A model generated the notes under the pieces. That model was not told the origin of the DNA, made no database searches, and saw nothing but the letters and a program-made list of their open reading frames with translations. A stretch of 62,817 nucleotides of DNA, the filler included, from Rhabdomonas costata (Eukaryota): assembly GCA_019059605.1 (NCBI GenBank). It is 42 parts of 42 records of this genome, joined end to end, with 100 filler letters (N's around TTAATTAATTAA, not from the genome) between each part and the next. Parts side by side here need not be neighbours in the genome. Positions count along the whole stretch, not along the records: positions 11,991 to 13,389 come from JAHMHO010017084.1; positions 13,490 to 14,887 come from JAHMHO010017085.1; positions 14,988 to 16,385 come from JAHMHO010017086.1; positions 16,486 to 17,883 come from JAHMHO010017087.1; positions 17,984 to 19,381 come from JAHMHO010017088.1; positions 19,482 to 20,880 come from JAHMHO010017089.1; positions 20,981 to 22,378 come from JAHMHO010017090.1; positions 22,479 to 23,870 come from JAHMHO010017091.1; 34 more parts are not named here. One strand, written 5' to 3'. A program made the translations under genes and the position numbers. Below, piece by piece: positions 12,801 through 24,829 of this stretch (the first letter of the stretch is position 1; each line of letters starts with the position of its first letter).

Positions 12801-13321
12801 AAACGTTGTGCGAAGACGGCGGGGGAAGAAACGCAGCAGAACAGTAAACATGCCAATAACTTCACCAAGTGCCAGAAGGGTGGGGCTAAAGTCGAGCTAA
12901 AAGAATCCACATGGACACAAAAAGGAGCTTGTGGACACCGCACACACCTTGCCCTCTTCCAGAGCGCTCGTAAAGGTGACAGAGAAGTCCACGTACAAGC
13001 TGGGAGAAATGGCCACGAAATCCCTCCCCAACCCCAACAGCACCAGAGATTTCAGACAGTTGCATCTAGCGAAACCTTTTCTTGAACTCAACAACGTGTC
13101 AGACATGAAATCATCATCATGAAGTCATTAGCCATCCCGCTCGGCCACACACGAAGTTCGACGGCTGCACAGCACACACGCAGCACACATTCTCATTTAA
13201 CGGCAAACTCCACCTCCTGCACCATCAATCTCCATGTCTCAATGTGTCTGTCCTTCCATTTCAAGCGCCTCTTTGTGTCTTTCCTTCATTTCTGCGTTCT
13301 TATCGGACAAGCACACACCAC

Positions 13322-13389
13322 AACCACTCCTAAACAACGGTCCCTGTGCACACCTTGTCTGTCACACGGACCGTTGTTTAGGAGTGGTT
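13322..13389. repeat. Perfect 22-bp hairpin (13322-13343 / 13368-13389)
   Basis: AACCACTCCTAAACAACGGTCC ... GGACCGTTGTTTAGGAGTGGTT with a 24-nt loop, at the contig end. Confidence 0.95.
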
Positions 13390-13640
13390 NNNNNNNNNNN
13401 NNNNNNNNNNNNNNNNNNNNNNNNNNNNNNNNNTTAATTAATTAANNNNNNNNNNNNNNNNNNNNNNNNNNNNNNNNNNNNNNNNNNNNTTGTTGTTGTG
13501 ACTACGCTATTGCTTTGTGCATGAAACGTCACTGGTTTTTTCAATGCAATCCCTTTTGGCCAGGTGCGTGCGGTGTGGTTGTTGTCTCTTCTGAGGCTTT
13601 CTTGTGCCTATCCGATTTCCCAACCCCCACCTCACTCAAA

Positions 13641-14887
13641 ATGACGCTTCGGCAAGCGCTTCTGGCCAATCCCGTTGGCGGGTGCCTGTTCGTGTTGTGG
13701 CTGTGGGTGTGCAGCTACATGGGCTCGATGGTGCTGATGTTGCCCTCGCTGATGGTTTTGCCATGGTCACCAAGGTCCGCGGAACGCCTGCATTTTTTGT
13801 GCGGTTTCCAGTGGAGGGCTGTTCAGGCGATTGCCGGAGTATAGCAGACCTTTTCTTTACGGAAATCTTGCCTGACCGGCAGGCAGAGACTTCTGAAGAG
13901 TGGCAGATGCTTGGGCTCACTAACATTCCTTTCATCCACTGATCTGAAGGAGCCTGCTTTTCCCCGGGTGGCGATCCTGCTTGTTCTTCGAGACTTTTGC
14001 GAAAGAAAGTCCACTCACGCTCGTTAGGGTCAGGTGGCAACGAGGCGTCGACGTTTGGTGCGAATATTTGGGTTCAATTATAGCAGTTATAAAGGGTTAT
14101 AAGGGTTATAAAGGTTTAGCTTCAGTTGTATATAATTAGACATGCTTTTGTTAAAAGGATTACGAGATCATTTTTATCGAGGGCATACTTTTTTTTTGAA
14201 AACTTTGGGTCGTTGAACTTGTTGTGAACGAATTAACTGTAACAGAAACGGGCAAGGTGAGGAACCCAAGACTGTCTCTATTTCCGCTCCCAATAAATCA
14301 AACCGACAACGAAAGCACAACATAGACTCAAGTGCCGGAAGGGAAGAAACCACTGCGATGGATGGAGGCGAGCGCGTAAAGCAAAAGCACGCAGATCACA
14401 CTGCGTCGAAGACTGGCAGATGGAAAGCAGATGGAGCGACCTCCGTGTGCGCTAGGTGAAAAGGAATTCATGAGCTGCCCTTGTGCTGCTGTTTTGTGTG
14501 GAGGACCATTGACGCTGAACGTGTTCCCTTTGAAACTTTTGTAGGGGTTGTAAGTCATCTCGAAGGCCGTTTCCTTTTGTGGAGACCAGGGAAAGTTTCA
14601 ATCAAGGTAAGCTGGCTCAATACCGCACCATATTGCCACTCTTTGGTGGATTCGGGCAAAATTTGTGTGTTTCTGGTGAAAGCAAGTGAAAGCGAAGCAG
14701 TGCAGTGCAGTGGAATGATTCTCGCTTTGGCCCATGACGCTCATGTTTCACATTTGGAGTTGCTGATTTTTCATTTTTGCGTATCGCAGGCTGTACCGGG
14801 ACTGGAATGACCTTGCCATTCTGTCCTGGCTGCACCTCCCTGTGGCCATGCTGGAGCTGCTGTTCGGGGTCCGCTTTGTGCTCACCA
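13641..14887 (+). CDS. LCLAT1: Lysocardiolipin acyltransferase (AGPAT family), N-terminal 2 exons
   Basis: Exons 13641-13774 and 14790-14887 (phase 2) give MTLRQALLANPVGGCLFVLWLWVCSYMGSMVLMLPSLMVLPWSPR-LYRDWNDLAILSWLHLPVAMLELLFGVRFVLT, matching the LCLAT1 pattern GS..ML.P...YR..N.....WL.LPVA.LE..FGV....T. Confidence 0.85.
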
Positions 14888-16710
14888 NNNNNNNNNNNNN
14901 NNNNNNNNNNNNNNNNNNNNNNNNNNNNNNNTTAATTAATTAANNNNNNNNNNNNNNNNNNNNNNNNNNNNNNNNNNNNNNNNNNNNTGTTGTGGTGTTA
15001 TCCGCTTACGTTGCCTTTTTGTGCGTTGGTTTTTCTCGCTTGACATTTGCAGATTTTTTCACGCTCCACGCGCCACATTTTTATGCCATTCTCTGTGACT
15101 TGGGCCGCTTCCTTCGGAACCTGTGTCACCGATGTTTTTCCACAAATCCATCAATTTGGTGCCCTGTGGTATTGAATGCTTTATTGAACAGGAAAGCAAT
15201 ACCGAGGGGTTCGGATCGCTGCTCTGTCCTATCCTGAACAAAACATTTGGATAAAATTCCGCACAGAGTCGCTAATGGTATGAAGCACCTCAAAAATCAC
15301 TGCGTCAGCTAATGAACACAATGCAATCAGGAGCAGAAAGTAAGTCGGTCACGAGGCACCGGAGGTAAGAAATGCCAAGCCACTTGTTGCAAAAGATTCC
15401 AGCCCACAGGGGTGTGGTGTGACCGGCGCGTGACTTTCAAATGCACCACCAGCGAGACCCACTGACTAACGGAAGAGACCTCGTCCATCTAGGTTCCTTG
15501 TGCAATAAATATCAAGTTCGATGCTTTCAATGCAGCTTTCAATGCCACAGCTGCTCCTTTTTGATCTTTTGATGTGCTTTTGACAGACAGGGCTGTGCTG
15601 CTAATTGCTGTTGGTTACAGTTTTTTGTAGTTAAATTTGTATTTCTCAAGGCCGTTTTGTGGCCAAATGATCTACAGAAAATGGGAACCGCTTGGCAAAG
15701 CCACATTGGGTTTTATTTATATTTTTGTGCGCTCTAAATATGCGTCTATGTGTGAACGCGTTGATTTTGGAAGCCAATGTTATAAGTTTAATTTCACCCA
15801 TCCACCAAATCCTCTAAGGCGATGTGCCTTCCACACGCAGAGGTCCCAATACCTCACACATGGTTGCAGACTAAAGAGTTGCAACCTACGCCCTGCCAGA
15901 TTTGCTGGTGTGCGTGCGTTTTACAACCACTTGTAGCTCCCAAAGCGGAAAAAGACCAGGTTTTTTACAGGTCAAAGCGTCGATCTACAAATACTTGAAG
16001 AAACCGAGATCTACGGCGAGGCATCTTTCGCCAAGACGCTGGATGTGTGGTACACAGCAAGGTGCCGTGATCAAGCTGCTTAAGTTGGAATATACACCCT
16101 CTTTTTTTTCATGGAAACAGGACAGATATCGTAGTCATTAAATCTATTTAACACTGAAATATGTGTTAATTGTGTCTTAGTTTTACATGGTAAGGTGAAT
16201 AAACTAAATCTCCAAGTCGCTCAAACTCATTACGTTGGGGCTAAACTTCCATTATTTGGCTACAAAAAATCCCTTAGTTTAATTCTGATAGGGTTGCTCA
16301 CTTTCCCACTTAGCGGTTATTTTACAAGGCTAATTTCTCTAATCAAGCAATGAGTGGACCACCTCAGCCAGTGGTGACCATTTACNNNNNNNNNNNNNNN
16401 NNNNNNNNNNNNNNNNNNNNNNNNNNNNNTTAATTAATTAANNNNNNNNNNNNNNNNNNNNNNNNNNNNNNNNNNNNNNNNNNNNGGGGGGTGGGCAACA
16501 AGACAAACATTTCCCCTCTCGCTCACCTCGCCACAAGGACAAAAGTTTGTCTTGTTGCCCACCACCCCATCACACCCCTTCCCAACTCTAGAACTTGCTG
16601 CCTTCTTCGGCGACAACTGCCGACCTGCTGTTCGTCACTCGATTGAGACGTGATGTGAGGGGGCGAAACGGGGCGAAAGTTTTACTTCCTGAATCGTCGA
16701 GCCTAAACAC

Positions 16711-17883
16711 CTGAATGCCGCACAGGCGCCTCTCCGATGGCTGGTACTTTGAAGAGGTGTAAAGGTTGATCTGCTTGATGGGCCACTTACGAAGGTCAAT
16801 TGGCATGAGATCCAGGTCGCTGAAAGGGAGCCCGTCGTTGTACACCCCCAGAGGATTGCTCCGAACGAAGTAGGCTGAAATGAAAGCACCTCAAACACAG
16901 CGGGAATGACATGCAAAAAAAATGGGTGGTAGGGGGGACGGAAGCTTCGGAATGTTCACTTCCGGAAGAGCTCGAATTCACAAGCCCCCCCTCCCCAGCA
17001 CTTAGTCAAGTTGAAAACGAAACTTGTGCACGTTTTTCGAACTTGAGCGTAGCCCCCCCCTCCCGGCCCGAAAATCACAGCCCCCAAATCGACCCTTTTG
17101 TTTTCTTGCTTTTGTTCATCTTGTTTTCTAGCTTTCTTTCGAAAACGAAACACACAGAATCACACAGAAAACCTGGGGTCACGGGGTCCGACAGTGACTT
17201 CAGCGCAAACGACAGCGGAATGCCCTATTCCAACCAACAAAAATGACAAAAATAAAGGGACCAGGGCTGTGCCCTCGAACTTGCAGGATTTTCTTCTTTG
17301 AGTTTTGCTTGAGGTTTGGATGAGTTTGGCACTCCAAAAACACACAAATCCTGCAACAAAACGACGGACGAGTGCAGAGGTAGGGCGTGATGTAACAGGA
17401 AATACCAAAACACACTGTCCCAGTCACCCAAACTAAATCACCTGAATCACGGTTAATTGTTACCCAATTGCGAAAGTGTGTGCAACGGTCTCTCGGATTG
17501 ATCGAGGGTTGCTCTTGGTCAACTTAAGTCTGTTATTGCTAGTTTGCTACGCAAACAACTGTTCTTCACGAACCACAAGGAATGCACACGTTTTTCGGCA
17601 CTACACCACAAAGCACGTTTGGCTTGACCAGTAACGGGACGGGATGGCAAAAAAAAATAAACACAGAACCTTAAAGGGCCTTGGTAAAAGGCGACCTCCC
17701 CCCCGCCTTCCAAGGTCCACGCTCATTTCCATCCTCATTATCATCTGTGTCAAAACTGTCCAACTCATTCGGCAACACCAACCCAACCGTGGCCCCATAG
17801 AAACGATTGCTTACCCCTGCACACCTCGTTGTCTTCTTCGTCGTCGTCGTCCGTGGGAATGGAGCGAGCCCCCCTCAACCACG
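16711..17883 (-). CDS. Possible jacalin-like lectin domain protein, partial
   Basis: Exons 17883-17815 and 16874-16711 join in phase 1; NPLGVYNDGLPFSDLD...PIKQINLY...LCGIQ resembles the G....G..F.D...I..I.I...I.GIQ start of beta-prism jacalin domains. Confidence 0.45.
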
Positions 17884-19481
17884 NNNNNNNNNNNNNNNNN
17901 NNNNNNNNNNNNNNNNNNNNNNNNNNNTTAATTAATTAANNNNNNNNNNNNNNNNNNNNNNNNNNNNNNNNNNNNNNNNNNNNGACTTCTTGGTGTTCTT
18001 CCAGAGTTCGTCCAAGGTGTTCAGAGCGGGGTACTCCGGGTCGTGGTCTGGAGACGATGACATTTTGGGCGTAACACCACAAAAAGGCTATCCCATGACC
18101 TTTTAGAACCAAGTGTGCACATCCGCATAACACACAGGGAGACAGACGCTTGAATCTTAGCTCGTCAACCCGTGAATTTAGTTACCATTGTAATTTGGGC
18201 GGCATATTGAAGGGCTCCGAGGGGCGACATGATGAACGGGCACAACCTAACACTCGCGCAGATTAGAGCCCTGTGTAGTACCCTTTCTCCTGAAGTGCGC
18301 AAGTCAGGCAAAGTGTACATCATCCCCAGCACGCCAGTGTGACGGAGAGAAGCATTCCCCTTTCTTTCACACCGCAGTGCTGGACGTTCTGCTGCTCCGT
18401 AGTGGTCTTGCGAACTCTGGGAACAAAGGGGTTGATCTCCTTCGTGGCGCGGCAACCTCCGCTGGGTACCCCGGAAGGGCAGGTTGGGGTGGGCACCCCT
18501 GTAGAGGTGCTCGTGCCCTCGCTCCTGAGCAAACAGCAGAAAACCAGCCCTATTTATGAGGAGCTCACAGCTTCATCTTTCACAACCAACTGCTGTCAAG
18601 CAGTCCACCTTCACATCGGAGACATGGAATGGAAACGGCCCACTTTGGACCAATGCAGGCCTGCACACTGAGCCTGAGTTTCCGGTCATGCCTGCATAGC
18701 ATCCGCCCCAATTATGCCCACAGCTGTCAGGGAAACAGAAGAGTAGCGCACCGGACGAATGCAGGGGCACGGGTCAGGCTAGGATCCATCCCCAGGGTGG
18801 TTGGCAAGCGAAGCGGGCGCCTGTTCACGTAGCCAGGGGGCCCTCCCCGGGCGTTCCGGTCCAGGAACTTCCGCGAGAGCAGAGCCTCGAAGGGGGACTT
18901 GGAGATGGTCACGCAGCGATCCTCCCCTTCCCCTGATATATCCGCGCCACACCCACATGAACCACACCGAAATTTAAAGCAAAACAAAACAATCTATCAT
19001 AAAAATGCGATAAAAATACGATAAAACTGCGACAGCGAGAAAGGCTGGCATGCCATCAATGGAGATCAGGGGGCGAGAACTGGGAAGGATTAGCGCTTGC
19101 TGTGAGGAGTTCGGAAGGTCAGTAAGGCGGAATAGCGTTCTGCTGGTGTTTCTTTTTACTTGCAACAGAATTAACCGCAACATTGAGAAGAATAATCGAT
19201 ACTCTTGAACTACTATGCGGAAACCAAAGCGAATGTGATAGGCCGATGGGTTCCGAAGAAGGAGGAAGGCAAGGGAAGGAAGAAGAACCAATAAGCAGAG
19301 AAACACACACAGTCTACGCACAAGCGGGGTGGTCAGGAAGCAAGCACACACCGCTGCTCGTAGAGAACAACCCCACCACAANNNNNNNNNNNNNNNNNNN
19401 NNNNNNNNNNNNNNNNNNNNNNNNNTTAATTAATTAANNNNNNNNNNNNNNNNNNNNNNNNNNNNNNNNNNNNNNNNNNNN

Positions 19482-20880
19482 GGGGTGGGGGTGCTATAGG
19501 GTGCAGCAGCCCAGGCGGCCGAGGGCCAGTTGCTTGGGGTCCTCTTTTGCCGGGATAGAGGCAGGTCGGTTTTTGCACATGTGTTGTGGGTGCTACGTTG
19601 TGCTTGCTTTGTGTTTCTGCTGTTTGTGCTTGTGTCTTGGTCAGTAGTTGGTGCAGTGGGATGCGGGAAGTAATCGGTGGACACAAGTCAAGTTGAAATC
19701 TCCTGAAGTCCCAAGTTCCACAATGAAGGTGGAATGCCTTGATGAGGAACCCTGCGAGCATAACAAAATAGCCAAGCAAGATGCTGCTTCTAAAAACGGA
19801 AAATTTAATTTTTTTGATGAATGCAAACGTTTTCGTGTTTTCGGGAATGGGGATTGAAACATTTCTTGCGGAATGCATCCTCGGCGCAACTTTCTGAGAC
19901 GGAATATATCCGCGCTGGAATTCGGACCAAGCTTCCAGATCCCCTTCCTGATGGTGGTTCTGACATCCTCCTGCTGGAGCCGTCCGAGGCCACTCCTGAG
20001 CACGACGACGTGTCCGTGGTGCACCACTCCGCTTCTGCAGCGGAGGCTTCACCCGGCACGGCAGCATCACCACTCAAATCCGAGGGTGCCCAGGAGTACT
20101 GAAAGAAAGTTTACCCCCGCTTCCGCAGAGATCACTTGGGGTCCCCAAGCACAGCGGTATATTCTAGCACGCGCCTTGGAGAAGCCATGGAGCCTCTCCA
20201 ATACATTGTGGAGGCGTTCGGGAATTTCCAAAGAAATAATACAATGCATTGTCTTTTAAATGCACACCAAACATAAGATTCGCAATAACAGGGCTTCGGT
20301 GTTTCGAGTAAGGTAGGAATGTGTTTCTTGCGAATTTGTCGGCTGCCCAATAGTGCGATCTATTAACGACGCCAGGACCCTTTGATTGCAAAGGTGCAAG
20401 GAATTTACCAGGTCAGCAGTTATAACGGGAAGCTGTTGTACGTATCACACGGTTCAGGTTGGTGCGTTTATTTTGAACATCCTTTTAACGCAAAGAAATG
20501 TTTCAATCCCCATTCCCGAAAACACGAAAACGTTTGCATTTGATCAAAAAAAATTAAAATTTCCGTTTTTAGAAGCAGCATCTTGCTTGGCTATTTTGTT
20601 ATGCTCGCAGGGTTCCTCATCAAGGTATTCCACCTTCATTGTGGAACTTGGGACTTCAGGAGATTTCAACTTGACTCGTGTCCACCGATTACTTCCCTCA
20701 TCCCACTGCACCAACTGCTGACCAAGACACAAGCACAAACAGCAGAAACACAAAGCAAGCACAACGTAGCACCCACAACGCATGTGCAAAAACCGACCTG
20801 CCTCTATCCCGGCAAAAGAGGACCCCAAACAACTGGCCCTCGGCCGCCTGGGCTGCTGCACCCTATAGCACCCCCACCCC
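19482..20880. repeat. Large imperfect inverted repeat: arms 19482-19870 and 20489-20880, 618-bp spacer
   Basis: The contig end is the reverse complement of its start over ~390 bp, with about ten substitutions/indels counted by eye. Confidence 0.95.
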
Positions 20881-21655
20881 NNNNNNNNNNNNNNNNNNNN
20901 NNNNNNNNNNNNNNNNNNNNNNNNTTAATTAATTAANNNNNNNNNNNNNNNNNNNNNNNNNNNNNNNNNNNNNNNNNNNNTGTGGGGGGTGTGTGTTTGG
21001 TGGGGTGTGTGTGTGTGTGTGTGGTAAGTATAGTAGTGCCAAGTGTTCTTTATTCTTAATCTTTGGCATGTAGCGAATGCCGATTTAGCACAGTCGACTG
21101 CAAAAAGGCACCCAGCGCAGAGAACACGCACAGTATCGGAAAGATTCAACACTGCTATCAAGAGTGGAGACTCCGTCGATCTTATCATGAGCTCCAAAAC
21201 GAGGAATCCCGATCCCTGGCCACCGAAGAAAGCCTAAAGGAGGGAACTTTCTTTCCTTCAGTGCAGTCCCGGGAACAGGAACAACCCCGCCTACTGGCAG
21301 GATTTGTGCGATACTCCTGAGATGGTCCAGGCAAACAAGTGTACAGTACAGAGGACTTGGGAACAGTCACTCCGTAGTCCATCATCTTTTGTTTGCCCTC
21401 AACACCGTTTTTTCGGGACAGCGCGCCCAGCTAGGGGCAAAGATGCGGTCAAAATCCTGGAAGGTCCCAAAGAGATAAACCCAGACTCCGGCTCCAGGCC
21501 CTGCATGTTAGGGCGGCGCGTGCAGAAAGCTGCACGTAAGCAACCTCTGCTGCTTCCGCAACTGAAGGGGGGCGGCTCCCTGGATTCATTGCTTTCACCG
21601 CATGTTCCAGCCATTGTATGCAAGAAGGCTTCAACGCGCGGTCCACCATTTGTCA

Positions 21656-22141
21656 TCAGAAGTCATCGTCCAGCGGACTTTCCCCGAGAGGGGAGAGGTC
21701 GTATCCATAATAACGCGAGAGCACAGCGTACGACCTGAAAGCGATCAAGGCAACCACGAAGAGAAGTAAAAAAAAATAAAGCCTTGGTTGCATCTGACAC
21801 CCACCACTTGAAAAGCAGAACAGATCTGAAACTAACGTTTCCCTCTTGTGAATGTGAAGGCGTATCGGGCGAACCGTGAAGCACTGCTGCAGGGATGGGG
21901 CTGCAGAAACTCCAAAGTGAAGGACAAGGAAGGGATTGGGGCCAAACCGGTGCGGGCACCATAGGCTGCGATTGTTCAGCAGACATCGCTGCAGCGGAAA
22001 CAGCTCGTCGGTGATGATGAAGGGGACCGACGTGGCTCCCTCACGATGGCCCGGGGCGTAGCCACGGTACTTCGACAGCAGCACCCCGGGAACCCCCGGA
22101 GGAGGAGAGTAGGCGAAGACATCCACGAAGGCTCCCGTCAG
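21656..22141 (-). CDS. LicD/fukutin-related nucleotidyltransferase-fold protein, last 2 exons
   Basis: Exons 22141-21948 and 21734-21656: LTGAFVDVFAY...ELFPLQRCLLNNRSLWCPHR-SYAVLSRYYGYDL...*; the VDVF.Y, FPL..C, CP and L..YYG motifs are typical of LicD C-termini. Confidence 0.7.
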   Translation of the reverse strand: MTGAFVDVFAYSPPPGVPGVLLSKYRGYAPGHREGATSVPFIITDELFPLQRCLLNNRSLWCPHRFGPNPFLVLHFGVSAAPSLQQCFTVRPIRLHIHKRETLVSDLFCFSSGGCQMQPRLYFFLLLFVVALIAFRSYAVLSRYYGYDLSPLGESPLDDDF

Positions 22142-22499
22142 CTGCGAGGCCAAGAGGAAGCAGGGGCGTAAGTCACTTTCAGCTCAGCAGCGCCCCTTCC
22201 CACTGAGATCATTGCCCTTTGACTGCAGAGTTTGCCATCTTATTTGCCCTCAAATCATAGAGGCTCTCTGTGAGTTCCCAGCGCCTCTCGCACTTCTGAC
22301 TCACGCTCAGTCCAGGTGGCAAAGCATTAACACTAAACACAGTACTCCCCACAGTACAGGTGGTGGTGGTGGTGGTTGNNNNNNNNNNNNNNNNNNNNNN
22401 NNNNNNNNNNNNNNNNNNNNNNTTAATTAATTAANNNNNNNNNNNNNNNNNNNNNNNNNNNNNNNNNNNNNNNNNNNNGGTTTGGTAAGGGAATCCTCT

Positions 22500-22751
22500 C
22501 TCTCCGCCCGGTACAGGGAAGGTACCCTTTCAGCATGAGAGAGAGGATTCCCTTACCAAGCCCAACTGCAAGGAGCACTAAATAGGTGAATTGCACGTGG
22601 TTCTTGTGAGCCCCATTCCCAAGTCATTGCGAAGCAATGCTCTCCGCCCGGTACAGGGAAGGTACCCTTTCAGCATGAGAGAGAGGATTCCCTTACCAAG
22701 CCCAACTGCAAGGAGCACTAAATAGGTGAATTGCACGTGGTTCTTGTGAGC
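22500..22751 (+). repeat. Identical 112-bp direct repeat with 140-bp period (22500-22611 = 22640-22751); candidate structured small-RNA unit
   Basis: Exact duplication read from the sequence; each copy contains two hairpins, and a CATTGC-GAA-GCAATG hairpin lies between the copies. Confidence 0.9.
22640..22687 (+). ncRNA. Candidate single-hairpin AGA-box pseudouridylation guide RNA (other copy 22500-22547)
   Basis: CTCTC-cgcccggtac-AGGG-aaggta-CCCT-ttcagcat-GAGAG-AGA-gga: basal stem, internal loop, apical stem, AGA plus 3 nt. It is short (48 nt) and no target is confirmed. Confidence 0.3.
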
Positions 22752-22990
22752 TCACGTTTCCGTACGCGTTTAGCCCGCATGGCCGAGATGTACCGGGCTG
22801 TTTCCCCCATTCCCCTTGAACCACCTCCCCTCGTAGTATGCACGTCAAGGGGACCGGCTTTTGCGAATGGTTTTGTGGTCTCCGTGTGGTTTTCCACTTT
22901 TATTGCAGCGGTTTTCTCATTGCCTCGCCCCCCCCCTCTTCTTTTTCTTTGTTTTGCGTTTTTTCCTTTTCTTTTTTGCTGAGTAGAAGG

Positions 22991-23790
22991 ATGGGAAGTG
23001 GCTTCTGCCGTGCCAGAAATGCTACAGAATGCATTCCAGCCCACACGGCCCCGCGCCACCGCAGCTTTCGGTCGAAGGACAAGAAGAAGACGCCCTCCAT
23101 CCTGGACCTTCCCGATGAACTGTGGTTGATGGCGCTAGCCTTCCTGCACTCCCGGGAGGTGGCCCGGGTGTGCATGGTGGGGTGCCCCCGCCTAAGCGCT
23201 CTGGGGGCGGAGGTGCTGCCGGGACGGGGTCGGCCTCGGGTCTTTGAGGGGCACGAGGGCCTAATCTACTCCGTTGACTTCTCCCCCTCCGGTTGTCTTG
23301 TAGTGCTTTGCATTGGATTGTTTATGCCGAGACAGGTATGAGGGCAGTTCGATTTTTGATGTCATTGCGTTTCCGTCCCTCCCTGTTATTGTGACAAAAA
23401 TGATGGGCAGTGGGGCAGCAGAGGAATGGTGGAACCCAAGCCCAGGGCTGAACCCGACATTGGCATTCGTTGGTGCTGATGTCAGAGAGACCCGTTTAGC
23501 TCTTGTTTCAGAAGGTAAACTGTTGTGAGGTGACAGAGACGCAGAAGAAGGGAGTATTGCTTGGGGTGCATTTCTTATCCTTTTTTTGGAAGTTCTTTCT
23601 GCTTTCTAAGGGGATCTGATTGTCTCTGCCTCCCCGATCGCCAATGAGCTGAAAGTCTGGAGCACCGTCACCGGGGCGAAGCTGCTGAATGTGGATGTTC
23701 TGAAGGTGCCGGAGCTTGATGGTGAGAGCTCGCTCTTCCCACAGTGCTGCCGGTTCAGTCCAGATGGGCGCCACTTCCTCAGCGCCTTGG
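22991..23790 (+). CDS. F-box/WD40 protein, first 2 exons
   Basis: Exon 22991-23291 (MGSGFC...ILDLPDELWLMALAFLHSREVARVCMVGCPRL, F-box; FEGHEGLIYSVDFSPSG) and exon 23611-23790 (DLIVSASPIANELKVWSTVTG...CCRFSPDGRHFLSAL, WD40) join in phase 1. Confidence 0.85.
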
Positions 23791-23863
23791 GTTTGTTCGC
23801 CCATCTGGACTGAACCGGCAGCACTGTGGGAAGAGCAAGCCCTCATCATCAAGCTCTGGCACC
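23705..23863. repeat. 66-bp inverted repeat with 4 mismatches (23705-23770 / 23798-23863)
   Basis: An inverted copy of the WD40 exon 3' part begins 7 nt after the exon donor. Confidence 0.95.
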
Positions 23864-24105
23864 ACCACAANNNNNNNNNNNNNNNNNNNNNNNNNNNNNN
23901 NNNNNNNNNNNNNNTTAATTAATTAANNNNNNNNNNNNNNNNNNNNNNNNNNNNNNNNNNNNNNNNNNNNTTTTCGATCTCGTTCCCCCCCCCCTTTTTT
24001 GTGTGTCTCGGCTGGGTCGTGTTTTGTTTTCATTGCGTTACGATGGTCCTGTGCGTGCCTGTTGTGCTTCCTTGGCTTTCATGTTTTTCCCCCTGCGCTC
24101 GAAGT

Positions 24106-24170
24106 GACATGACGTAAAATGACATGACATGACATGCTATGACATGACATGACATGACATGCTATGACAC
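24106..24170 (+). repeat. (GACAT)n microsatellite with GCTAT variants
   Basis: gacatgacatgacatgctatgacatgacatgacatgacatgctatgacac. Confidence 0.9.
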
Positions 24171-24829
24171 CATGTGGCAGGCCATCAATCAAGTCCGCAA
24201 GAACACTTTTTGTTCATTGAGGAACCATTTTCAACAGTGGTGCTTGCCGCAGTGCGCTTTCTTTTTCGCGCTTCGTGGCGTGACAAGTTTTGTTCCGGTG
24301 CCCTCGCCGCTATTCTGGGTACCTCTGGTGCATCAGGAAAGGGGCCCTACTGACAGGGAAGCGGTAGGGTTGCTGTTTGGTGGTGTGGGGGCGTTTTCGC
24401 CCACCATTGCCTGCTTTCCGTCTTGCCATATGCATGACGTTTTCCCAGCTGACGGGTGCGGAGTCTTGGAATGAGATCTCATTTCTTCCAATCGTAATAA
24501 TTGTAATGGGACTGACCCTCTTTAATTTGTTTCCGTGAAGTGTGTCCTGCGAAAAGTAAGTGCGAGTCCGACTTTGTGTCCGACTTTTTCTTTGACGTAC
24601 AACTGCTATTTCTTTCCTTCTCGGCATCGGAATTCTTTTGGGCAAATGATTTTTCACTCTCCAACTGTTGCAGCGCATCCTGCCGTGTCACCCTTTCTCC
24701 CCATCCCCCTGTTTTTTTCCATGTTCTCGTGGTTCTTGTGAATGTGCTGACGTGTCTTTCCCGGCTTTTCTCGGCTCACCGGCCGTCTTGCTGGGGCATT
24801 CCTTCCCTCCCTTTGCCCTCTTCGCTTGC

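Noticed and set aside
14086-14120. GGTTATAA-like repeats as telomeric sequence
   Set aside because: Only about three degenerate units inside the LCLAT1 intron; no TTAGGG array.
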